A DNA stretch of 64,000 bases from Torpedo marmorata (Eukaryota): NCBI GenBank assembly GCA_977017645.1, contig OZ360233.1, positions 18,414,001 to 18,478,000 on the forward strand. Direction: 5' to 3'. Position numbers and translations under genes: made by a program. Positions 14,150-23,899 of the stretch are shown here, in pieces; position 1 is the stretch's first letter; the number at the start of each line of letters is the position of its first letter. Under the pieces are notes generated by a model. That model had not been told where the DNA came from, did not search any database, and was given only the letters and a program-made list of their open reading frames with translations.

Positions 14150-15392
14150 TTTTAAAAGATTCATTTATCTCTTGAGGTTTGTAAGTTATTTCTCCAGTAT
14201 TTTTCTTCCTTATAGCATTTATAGTTTTAGAAACTTGTTCCTTTTTCAATTGCCATGCCAAAACCTTATGTGCTCTTTCTCCTAATTCATAATATCTTTG
14301 TTTAGTTTTCTGAATTAATTTTTCCATTCTATATGTTTGCAACAAATTATAATGTAATTTCTTCCCTATTAAACGATTTCTTTTTTGAATTGATCTATTT
14401 CTCTGTAAAACTTTCTCCATAAGTTCAATTTCCGTCTCCAATTTTTCTGATTCACTAAGATAATCTTTCTTAATTTTAACGGAATAACTTATTATTAAGC
14501 CCCTTAAATAAGCTTTTAAAGCTTCCCAAACTATAAATTTATCATTAGTAGAGTTAACATTTATTCGTAAAAACTCCTGAATTTCTCTTCTTATATATTC
14601 ACAAAAATCTTTCCTTTTTAATAACGACTAATCAAATCTCCAATTATATATAATTTTTTCTCTTTCCGGGATTATACAAGACAATAACAAAGGTGAGTGA
14701 TCAGAAATTACCCTCGCTTTATAAGATACTTGCGTTATTCTATCTTGAACTTGTGATGATAATAAAAATAAATCTATTCTAGAATATGAATCATGTCTAA
14801 AAGAGTAAAATGAATAATCTTTTTCCCTAGGATTCAATCTCCTCCAAATATCTATTAAGTTTAAATCTTTCATCAAACTAAGAACTTTTTTCACAATTTT
14901 AGGTCTAACAGATGATCTTGAAGTTCTATCCATTATTGAATCTAAACAACAATTGAAGTCTCCCCCAATTAAAATATTCTCATTAGCATCTGATAAATGC
15001 AAAAAAGCATCTTGGATAAACTGCTCATCGTCTGGATTTGACACATATAAATTCATAAGTGTCCAAGATTCTGAATACATTTGACAATGTACCAAAACAT
15101 ATCTTCCTGCTACGTCTGTAATTACCGATTGTATCTTAAAAGGTAATTTTTTATTAACTAATATAGCTACACATCTTGCTTTAGAGTTTAATGAAGAAGA
15201 CACCACATGGCCAACCCACTCTCTTTTTAATTTTTGATGTTCCAACTCTATCAAATGAGTCTCTTGTAAGAAAGCTATATCTACCTTCAACTTTTTAATA
15301 TATGCTAAATTTTTTTTTCGCTTAATTGGATTATTAAGCCCATTTATATTTATACTTACTAAGTTTATATTCTTACTATCCATCATAATCAA
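14150..15392 (-). mobile_element. L1-clade ORF2 5' part with a largely intact APE endonuclease domain
   Basis: ORF 14628-15392: SININGLN..KRK, FLQETH, GGDFNC, YSRIDLF, SDHSP, WRFD. The downstream linker YYELGERAHKVLAWQLK lies in 13995-14441. Confidence 0.9.
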
Positions 15393-15469
15393 ATTGTATA
15401 AGATTTTTCTCTTTTCTTTCTATTCTTTACTTTACTTGAGGGGATATCAAGTAGTTCACAATTTAGGAG

Positions 15470-16030
15470 GGGAAAGCCAGTGGATTTGATTGAAACAGAA
15501 TAACAGGTGTTAATTGGATATGGATGGAGGATAAGTGAGAATTGATTTTGACTCTGTGAAGGGAGNNNNNNNNNNNNNNNNNNNNNNNNNNNNNNNNNNN
15601 NNNNNNNNNNNNNNNNNNNNNNNNNNNNNNNNNNNNNNNNNNNNNNNNNNNNNNNNNNNNNNNNNNNNNNNNNNNNNNNNNNNNNNNNNNNNNNNNNNNN
15701 NNNNNNNNNNNNNNNNNNNNNNNNNNNNNNNNNNNNNNNNGGAAAAGCGACAGGAGGAAGTAGAACGGGAGATGTTGAACGAAAAATTGAGAAGTCGATG
15801 TTAATGCCATCCGGTTGGAGGTGCCCAGACGGAAGATGAGGTGTTGCTCCTCCAACTTGCACGTGGTCACAGTCTGGCCGTGCATGAGACCATGGACAGA
15901 CATGTCAGAAAATGAGTGGATCGGGGAATTGAAATGGGTGGGCACTGGGAGATCCACGCGATGGCGGCGGAGAGAGGCGAGGTGCTCAATAAAGCAATCT
16001 CAGAGTCTGCGCCCAGTGTCTGCGATGTAG
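15470..16030 (-). mobile_element. Penelope-like element fragment (GIY-YIG endonuclease C-terminus), spanning an assembly gap
   Basis: Minus strand HFNSPIHSFSDMSVHGL...KLEEQHLIFRLG, frameshifting into LQPDGINIDFS, typical of Penelope GIY-YIG ends. Confidence 0.75.
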
Positions 16031-16275
16031 AGGAGACAAGAGAAGACTGGAAACGAAGCATGTGCCGGAATGGCAGAGAAATACAACCAGAGAGACTGCA
16101 TTTAGACCTGCTCGTTTATATTGGTTCCAGCGCAGCGTCATCCAGAGCGAATGATCAATCCTGTGCGAGGAAAAGCCACCAATCTCGGAGCGGCGGCTGC
16201 TGCTGACGTAAAGTTGTAAATATAGCATGACAACATGTGAGAAAATATTGTTCCTTTGACCTTCATTCGGGCACC

Positions 16276-16704
16276 ATGTCCCTCAAGAGGTACCTGCTGA
16301 TTGTATGGGCCATTCTGGCAGGTGAGTCTCTGTGTGATGAGACAGTGCGTCCCGCGGATTCAGCGCAATCCCGTGCCGCTCACACACTCCGTGTTTCATT
16401 CCAGGCACGAATGGGGAGGAATCCGTGACCCAAGGACCGCCGGAAATGACGGCCGAGGAAAGACAGACCGTGCCACTGAGTTGTAGTTACTCGACGAGTC
16501 AAGCCGCATATTTTTGGTACCTTCAACATCTTGGAGAACCTCCCAAATATTTGCTGAAAATGTACAGCTCGGGAGAAGTGGTTCCGTCTCACGATTGTCC
16601 GGATCGGATGTCGGGTTCTTTGGAGAAAAAGAACCAGCGCCTTCATTTGACTATCTCAGGGGCTCTGTGAAGGTCTCCGCCACGTATTTCTGCGCCGTGC
16701 GGCC
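16276..16704 (+). pseudogene. TCR alpha/delta V, family B-related, frameshifted in FR3
   Basis: Leader 16276-16321 (MSLKRYLLIVWAILA-G), V exon from 16405 (ESVTQGPPE...LSCSY...YFWYLQ), 1-bp deletion ~16667 giving TGA before SATYFCAVR. RSS: CACACTG 16705-16711, 23 bp, ACAAAAACT 16735-16743. Confidence 0.88.
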
Positions 16705-17130
16705 CACACTGTTCCTGGGCGATGACGGATCCGCACAAAAACTCGTTTTGAGAATGAGGAAGGTGCCGTGCAGCGCCGCGATTTACCCTTGCCTGAGCAA
16801 AGGCGTTTATCTTCTTCCCTGTTCCGAGAATGTGAACAATGGGATCAATGTGAACAGCGTTTCACCAGAGAGGAGCGGAGACAGGAAATAAAGGGAAAGA
16901 GAGTTAGCGAGAGATTGATAGAAATTGAGAGAGAGAGAGGAAGAGAGAGATTAAGTTGAGCAGTGAGAGAGAGAGGGAGTGAATGGAAGAGGGAGGGATG
17001 TGATGGACGAAGAGAGACGAAAACGAAAGGGATGGCGACCGAGAGCGGTACTGAGAGAGAGTATGATAGTGAGTGAATGAGGAATACATTGAGCGAGGAG
17101 GATGGGGAGTGAGCGGGAGTGGATTCAGAA

Positions 17131-17165
<35 letters not shown>

Positions 17166-17178
17166 GTGAGAGAGCGAG

Positions 17179-17209
<31 letters not shown>

Positions 17210-17432
17210 TGTGGAGTATACAGAGAGGCGGAGAAACGCGAGAAGGATGGAGAATTGGAGACGGTCGGCATTAACAACCTGCTCAATGGTAGCGTCAACC
17301 TGACCCAAAAAGAAATGCTGTGCGACGAAAACGACCTGTGCATCCCCCGGGGTTGGATGCTCCTGACCACCCCATCTCGTATATCGGTGTAACATGAGGA
17401 AAGGTTCTTCATTTGACTTACATTCGGGCACC

Positions 17433-17840
17433 ATGTACCCCCTGATTTGTTTGCTGACTCTATCGGCCGTTCTGCCTGGTGAGTGTCTCTCTGGTTTATC
17501 AGCACGTGTCCGCCGGTTCAGCGATTCGTGTTTCGTTCTCGAAATGATTGGGGAAGTTTATGTAACCTATGGACCGCCGGAACGCATGACAGAGGAATTA
17601 CAGACCGTGTTACTGAGCTGCAGTTACTTGATGAGTACCTCCGCACATTTTTGGTACATTCAATATCCTGGAGAACCTCCCAGATTTTGATGAAAATGTA
17701 CAACTGCGGCGATGTGGTTACGCCTCAAGATTGCGGAAGAAGATGTCGGATTTCTTTGAGGCAAAGAGCCAGAGGGTCCACTTGACTGTCTATGGGACGC
17801 TTGAGTCGGACTCCGCCGTGTATATCTGCGTCGTGAAGCC
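17433..17840 (+). pseudogene. V pseudogene
   Basis: Leader 17433-17478 (MYPLICLLTLSAVLP-G) intact; acceptor degenerate; frameshifts after PPRF; ends DSAVYICVVK; heptamer damaged (CACTATT). Confidence 0.85.
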
Positions 17841-18759
17841 CACTATTGCAGAGCGATGGCGGGTCCGTATAAAACGAAATCGAAATGGGCAGTGCCACCA
17901 GGGGGCGTGCTCTTCCCCCAACACAGTGCGGACCAGTACACAGGACGGAGTCGGCAACTGTGCCTCCGGGCCAGAGTCGTCTCTAAAATGCAGCGCCGAG
18001 GTTTAGCCTGGCGTGAGCAAGGACGTTTGTCTCACTCACTATTCCGAGGCGGATGGGAGGAATTCAGACAAAAGCGCGAATCTGGTGGTCCGCCTTTTGC
18101 GAGAGAGGGGGAGAGACAGGGTCTGCTGCGAAAGGAAGTGAGCGAAAGGGTGAATGAAGTTCAGTAGAAAGAAGGTGATGAGTGAGAGAGAGTGAATGAA
18201 AGGGAGAGATCGTGATTGACGAAGAGAGATATCACAGGAGGGAGGCAGTGGGGAGGGAGTGGTAAGTAAGGAAGAGTGTGAAAATTATTTAATGAAGGAG
18301 ACATTGAGAGTGCAAGAGCGGGAGAGGGACAGAGGGAATGTGTGACAGGGGGAGAAAGAAATTGTAGGGCAGGGAGCGATACGCACTGCTCTCGAAAGAT
18401 TAAATAAGTGTAAGACGGAGTCGCGTAGAGCTAGGAAGCATAACAGAACGCGAGAAGGGGCGTGAAGGTGCAGGAAAACGAGTGAAGGTGATGGAAAGGG
18501 CGGAGCGAGAGAAAAGAAGAGAGAGACGTGGGGAGTGTAAATATAGGTGGAGAAACACGTCCGAAAAAGACGGAGAATGAGAAACGGCCAACATTAAAAA
18601 ACAGTTTTCATTGGTTCAACAACGGCGCTCTCTTGAGCCCATGTGCGAGGAGGGCGCCCTCCTGTGTGTCCTAGAGGATGAGCTGCTACTAACGAGACCC
18701 CACTGTCTTATATCGGGGCAGAATATGGAAATATTCGGCTGTTCTCCTTCATTCTGGCT

Positions 18760-19178
18760 TCCTCACCATCCAGTAGTTTGCTGATTCTATGGGCCGTTCT
18801 GCTTGGCGAGTCTCTGTTTGATTGGTCAGCGCGTGTCCCTCCCGGCTCAGCGCAATTCCTCGCATATCACACACTGCGTGTTTCATTCCAGGCACAAATG
18901 TGGAAATCTAGTGACCCACGGACCGATGGAACGGATGGCCGCAGGAAGTGTCGCTGAGCTCTGGTTACCCGAAAAAGGCTACCGTATGTTTTTGGTTCAT
19001 TCAAGTTCCCGTGGAGTATTGGATATATTTGGTGAAAATGTACAGCGCAGGAGATGAGGTTCCGTGTCACGATTGTCTGGACAGGATGACGGGTTCCTTG
19101 GAGAAAAGGGGCCGGATGCCTTAATATCTCCGAAGCTCTTGAAGCGGACCTGGCCGTTTATGTCTGCGCGGTGCGGCT
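18760..19178 (+). pseudogene. V pseudogene (no ATG, GC donor, first Cys lost)
   Basis: Leader remnant LLILWAVLL-G/GCGAGT; V remnant ending AVYVCAVR. RSS: CACATTG 19179-19185, 23 bp, ACAAAAGCT 19209-19217. Confidence 0.8.
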
Positions 19179-19637
19179 CACATTGTTCCTGGGATATTGC
19201 GGAGACGCACAAAAGCTCATTCTGAGATGGGAAGTAGTTTGAGAGTAAATGGCAGAAAGAAGACGGGAGAGCGTGTTAAGGATTGCGAAAAGTTAAGCAG
19301 GTGAAAACGTGAGACAGAGTGAGGTAGAGCAATAGAACGAAAGAAGGGGAGAGAGGGTGGAGTGAGTGAAAGGGAGGGAGGAGATACACAGATGGAAGGA
19401 GAAAGATGCAGCGAGTGTACAGATAGTGGGTGATATTTGCGTGAAGGACCGGGAACGAGATGCAGACTATCTTACCAACTCGGTCTGATTGGTTCAATAA
19501 TGGCCACTCGAACCAATCCTGTGTGAGGGAAACACTCACATATCTGTCCTTGGCGTTGGTTCGCTCATAACATCGCCCCACCCCTTGTATTGCGGTAACA
19601 CAAATAACTATTCGATTTTGACCTTACTCCGCGTACC

Positions 19638-19683
19638 ATGTCCTCCCTGAGTTGTATGCTGATTCTGTGGGCCGTTCTGACTG
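19638..19683 (+). other. Orphan/upstream leader exon 1 (intact, phase 1)
   Basis: ACCATG, MSSLSCMLILWAVLT-G, donor GTGAGT; no V exon before the next leader at 20037. Confidence 0.8.
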
Positions 19684-20036
19684 GTGAGTCTGTCTGATTG
19701 GTCAGCGACGTCTGTCCATCGTCCTTGCTCTACGAGTCTCCCTCTTTAACTTAATTAAAGGTGGACAATTCCCCCAGGTCATACCCTCTCCGTCGCACGT
19801 TTCCCACCGTTTACTCATTTACACACTCTCTGTTTACTGAACTTCCTCACATCGCTCTGTCGCTCTATTTCTGTCGCTCTATCTCTAACTCTCTCTCTCT
19901 CGCTCCTCGCCGTTCTCGTGAAAGAGAACCGGCTCGTGTCTCCAACAGAGTTTCTGCTGCTTCCGACGTGAGTTTGCGCTCTTCTATCGGGCGAGCATTT
20001 GTAAAATATTCTTCCTTCGAATTTAATCCGGGCATC

Positions 20037-20462
20037 ATGTTCCTCCTTTGCCCTTCGCTGATTCTATGGGCCGTTCTGCCTGGTGAGACTGATTGATCAA
20101 CACGTGTTCCGCGGGGTCAGCGGCGTTTCGCGCCGTTCACACATTCTGTCTTTTGTTCCAGGGGCGAGTGGGAACGATTCAGTGACCCAGGAACCGCCGG
20201 AATTGATTGTCAATGAAGGGCAGATCGTATCACTGAGCTGCAGTTACTCGATGAATCCCAATGCATATTTTTGGTACATTCAACGTCCTGGAGAATCTCC
20301 CAAATATTTGCTAAAAATCTACACGTCAGGAGATGTGGTTCCGTCTCCCGATTGTCCGGAGAGGATATCGGGTTCATTGGAGAAAAAGAGCCAGAGATCC
20401 CACCTCAATAACTCGAAAACCCGTGTGGAGGATTCTGCCGTGTATCTCTGCGCCATGAAGCT
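20037..20462 (+). CDS. TRAV: TCR alpha/delta V segment, family B, intact (exons 20037-20082, 20162-20462)
   Basis: MFLLCPSLILWAVLP-G|ASGNDSVTQEPPELIVNEGQIVSLSCSYSMNPNAYFWYIQRPGESPKYLLKIYTSGDVVPSPDCPERISG...DSAVYLCAMK. The alpha versus delta assignment cannot be settled from V alone. Confidence 0.9.
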
Positions 20463-20501
20463 CACACTGTTCCAGGGCGGTGTCAGACCCGCACAAAAAC
20501 T
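20463..20501 (+). other. 23-spacer recombination signal sequence
   Basis: CACACTG, 23 bp, ACAAAAACT. Confidence 0.92.
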
Positions 20502-20799
20502 CACCTCGAGACATTGAATCGGACCCTATGGCTAGGGGGCGCTCTCGGCCACGCAATGGAAGCGAATACACGACCTTCCTGTAGATTCTGCTGCAACGCC
20601 GAGTTACAGGAGATTTTCTCTCCTCTGAGCGTTTCTCTTTCTCTGCGTCCCCTGTGTCTCATTCCGTAATTTGAGGTGGACGGTAGGAAGTCAGGGGGAG
20701 AGGAAGAAATGGATAGCTTTTTGACAGAATATTGTATGAAAATGAAGGAGTGTTTGTTAGATGGAAATTGAGAGGTTAAAAAAGCGGTAAACCGCGCGG

Positions 20800-21045
20800 G
20801 TAGGTGTGACCGGTAGGTGATCCTTCGGCCTCTCCTTCCCAAAATCAACAACAAGCTCATTGGTCTTGGTGAAAATAAGAACATAATTGTTGTTCTCGAA
20901 CCACCAAACCAGGTTCATGATCTCCATTCTGCATTCTGACTCATCTTTTCCAGTTATTTGGCCAACACTGGTGGTGTCTTCAGCTAATTTGTCGGTTGAG
21001 CTGGGGCTGAACTTGGCTGAACGGTCAATTGGTGCACATGGCAGA
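20800..21045 (-). mobile_element. Rex1/Babar-like LINE RT fragment duplicated with the V cassette
   Basis: KLAEDTTSVGQIT...TKTNELVVDF; paralogous fragments lie at 23.5, 30.9/31.6 and 37.0/38.6 kb. Confidence 0.65.
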
Positions 21046-21439
21046 GATTGAAGGGAGGGAGAGATTGGCACTGCTCTCGTAAGATTAAATAAGTGTAAGA
21101 CGGAGTCGCGTCGAGGCAGGAAGCTTAACAGAACGCGAGAAGGGGCGAGAGGGTGCAGGAGAACAAGTGAAAGTGATGACAGGGTGGAGCGAGAGTGAAG
21201 AAGAGGGAGACGTGGGAATGTAAATATAGGCGGAGAAACACGTGCGAAAAAGAGCGAGAATTAGAAATGGTCAACATTAACAACCAGTTTTCGTTGGTCC
21301 AACAACGGCTTCTTATTGCGCCCATGTGCGAGGAGGGCGCCCTTCTCTCTGACCTAGACGATGGGCTGCTACTGACGAGACCCCATGTCTAATATCGGGG
21401 CATAAATGTTGAAATGTTCGTCTGGTCATCTTCATCCCG

Positions 21440-21874
21440 GCTTCCTCCCCAAGTTGAGTTGTTTGTTGAATCTATGGGCCGTTCTGCTTGGCGAGTCTCT
21501 GTCTGATTGGTCAGCGCGTTTCCCACCGGCTCAGCGAAATTCCTCGCACATCACACACTGCGTGTTCGTTCCAGGCACAAATGGGGAAATCTAGTGACCC
21601 ACGGACCGCCGGAACGGATGGCCGCGTGAAGGCAGACCGTGTCACTGAGCTCCAGGTACCCAACAACGGCTACCGTATATTTTTGGTACATTCAAATTCC
21701 CGTGGAATCTTGGATAGAGATGTTGAAAATCTACAACTCAGGAAATGTGGTTCCATCTCACGATTGTCCGGACAGGATGACGGGTTCCTTGGAGAATATG
21801 GGCCGGATATTCCACCTCATTATCCCCAAAGCTCTTGAGCGGGACTTGGCCGTTTATCTCTGCACGGTGCTACT
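21440..21874 (+). pseudogene. V pseudogene (no ATG, first Cys lost)
   Basis: SLSSRYPTTATVYFWYIQ...SHDCPDRM...AVYLCTVL. RSS: CATGCTG 21875-21881, 23 bp, ACAAAAGCT 21905-21913. Confidence 0.8.
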
Positions 21875-22166
21875 CATGCTGTTCCTGGGAAATTGCGGAG
21901 ACGCACAAAAGCTCATTCTGAGATGGGAAGTGGTTTGAGAGAAAACGTAAGAAAGAAGACGGAAGAACGCGATAAGAATTGCGAAACGTTAAGCAGGTGA
22001 AAGAGTGAGACAGAATGAGCTTGTGGAATAGAACAAGAGAAGGGGAGAGATGGTGGAGTGAGTGAAAGGGAGGGAGGAGATACACAGAGGGAAGGAGGAA
22101 GACGCGGGTTAGTGTACAGATAGAGGGAGAAACTTGCGTGAAGGAAGGGGAACGAGATGCAGACTT

Positions 22167-22209
22167 TCTTGGTCTGCAGTCAAATGGTCTACCACTGAGC
22201 TATGCCCTC
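22167..22209 (-). pseudogene. Retrotransposed 5' half of tRNA-Cys(GCA) (tailless retropseudogene)
   Basis: Minus strand GAGGGCATAGCTCAGTGGTAGACCATTTGACTGCAGACCAAGA matches the 5' half of vertebrate tRNA-Cys. It is flanked by an ~18-bp TSD (22153-22170, 22212-22229) and absent from the paralogous sites at ~19460, ~29530 and ~35680. Confidence 0.8.
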
Positions 22210-22393
22210 ATCGAGATACAGACGTTCTTAACAACTCGGTCTCATTGGTTCAATAATGGACACACGAACCAATCCTGTGTGAGGGAAACACTCTCATATC
22301 TATCCCCAGGCGTTGGTACGCTATAACATCGCCCCACGCCTTGTTTTGCGGTAACACAAATAAATATTCGCGTTTTACCGTAATCCGCGTACC

Positions 22394-22439
22394 ATGTCCC
22401 TCCTGCGTTGTTTGCTGATTCTATGGGTCGTTCTGACTG
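22394..22439 (+). other. Orphan/upstream leader exon 2 (intact, phase 1)
   Basis: MSLLRCLLILWVVLT-G, donor GTGAGT. Confidence 0.8.
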
Positions 22440-22765
22440 GTGAGTCTGTCTGAGTGGTCATAGACTTCTGTCCATCGTCCTTTATCGACGTGTCTCCCTC
22501 TTTAACCTAATTAAAGTTCGGCGATTCCCCCAAGACTCACACTCCTTCGCTCACCCTCTGTTTACTCATTTAAGATTTCACTCTGTGCTCACTTAACTCA
22601 CTCGCGCTGTCTCTCCCGCACTCCCGCTCTCGCCCCTCGCCGCTCTCGTGCGAGGGAAACGACCCCAGCCTCCAACAGAGGTTCTTCTGCTTCCGACGTG
22701 CGCTGGCGAACATATATCGGCGAGCATTTGTAAAATATCTTTCTTTCGCATTTAGGCCGGGCACC

Positions 22766-23191
22766 ATGTTTCTCCTGAGTTGTTGGCTGATTCTATCGGC
22801 CATTCTGCCTGGTGAGACTAGTTGGTCAACACGTGACGTGCTGGATCAGCGCCATTCCGCGCCATTCACACATTCTGTGTTTTGTTCCAGGGGCGACTGG
22901 GAACGATTCAGTGACCCAAACACCTCTGGAATTGAGCATCGACGGAGAGCAGATCGTATCACTGAGCTGCATTTACTCGATGAGTCCCTTCGCATATTTT
23001 TGGTACATTCAACGTCCTGGAGACTCTCCCAAATATATGCTGAAGATCTTCACGTCGGGAGATGTGTCTCTGTCTCACGATTGTTCGGAGATGATATCGG
23101 CTTCCTTGGAGAAAAAGAGCCAGAGATTCCATCTCAAAATCTCAGAAACCCGCGAGGAGGATTCCGCCGTTTATCTCTGCGCCGTGGAGCT
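22766..23191 (+). CDS. TRAV: TCR alpha/delta V segment, family B, intact (exons 22766-22811, 22891-23191)
   Basis: MFLLSCWLILSAILP-G|ATGNDSVTQTPLELSIDGEQIVSLSCIYSMSPFAYFWYIQRPG...SHDCSEMISAS...DSAVYLCAVE. RSS: CACACTG 23192-23198, 23 bp, ACAAAAACT 23222-23230. Confidence 0.9.
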
Positions 23192-23499
23192 CACACTGTT
23201 CCAGGGCGGTGGCGGATCCGCACAAAAACTCACCTCGAGAATTTCCATCGCTCGCTGTGGCTAGGGGGCGCACTCGGGCACCGGCAGCCAGTTCTGTCGG
23301 TCAGCGCACTGGAAGCGTCAACACGACCTTCCTGGAGAGTCTGCTGAAAACGGCAAAACCGAGTTGCAGGAGATTTGCCCTCCTCTGAGAGTTTCTCTTA
23401 CTCTGCCTCCTCTGTGTCAGATTCCTTACTTTGAGGTGGAAGGTAGCAAGCCAGGGAAAGAGAAGGAGTGTTCTTGTGATGGAAATTGTGAGATTAATA

Positions 23500-23875
23500 A
23501 AGCGGTCTGTTTCGGACAGATGCGTGTTCCTTCGGCCTGTCCTTTCTAAAATCAACAACAAGCTCCTTGGTATTGGTGACATTAAGAACAGGATTGTTGT
23601 TCTGGAACCACCCAACCAGGTTCTTGATTTCCATCATGCATTTAGTCTCATAATTCCCAGTTATCCGGCCAACACTGGTAGCGTTGTCATCTAATTTGTA
23701 GATTGAGTTGGAGCTGAACTTGGCTGCACAGTCATGGGTGCCCATGGCATAGATTAGGGGACAAAGCAGGCAGCCTTGGACTGCTCCTGTGTTAATGGTC
23801 AGCGAGGAGGAGGTGATGCTGGCGATCAGCACTGTTTGGGTCTGCAGTGAGGAAGTCAAAAATCCAGTCGTTCTT
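23500..23875 (-). mobile_element. Rex1/Babar-like RT fragment (continues at ~26615-26860 after the CR1 insertion)
   Basis: SSSLTINTGAVQGCLLCPLIY...THDC..KLDDNAT...TKELVVDFRK. Confidence 0.75.
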
Positions 23876-23899
23876 TCAGGCGTTGTAGAACAGTGGGGG

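Noticed and set aside
14628-15392. Host APE-like nuclease gene or domesticated endonuclease
   Set aside because: It continues, after a stop/frameshift, into L1 ORF2 linker sequence within an L1 nest; it is a retrotransposon fragment.
15566-15740. ORFs spanning N runs (also 32451-32598, 56205-56349, 57129-57262)
   Set aside because: Assembly gaps; the X-containing ORFs are artefacts.
20083-20517. Single-exon ORF starts/ends for V genes as given in the ORF track
   Set aside because: These ORFs read through the intron and the RSS. True structures are leader exon plus V exon ending at the heptamer.
22167-22209. Functional tRNA-Cys gene
   Set aside because: Only the 5' half is present (no T-arm/B box or 3' acceptor strand) and it is flanked by a TSD.
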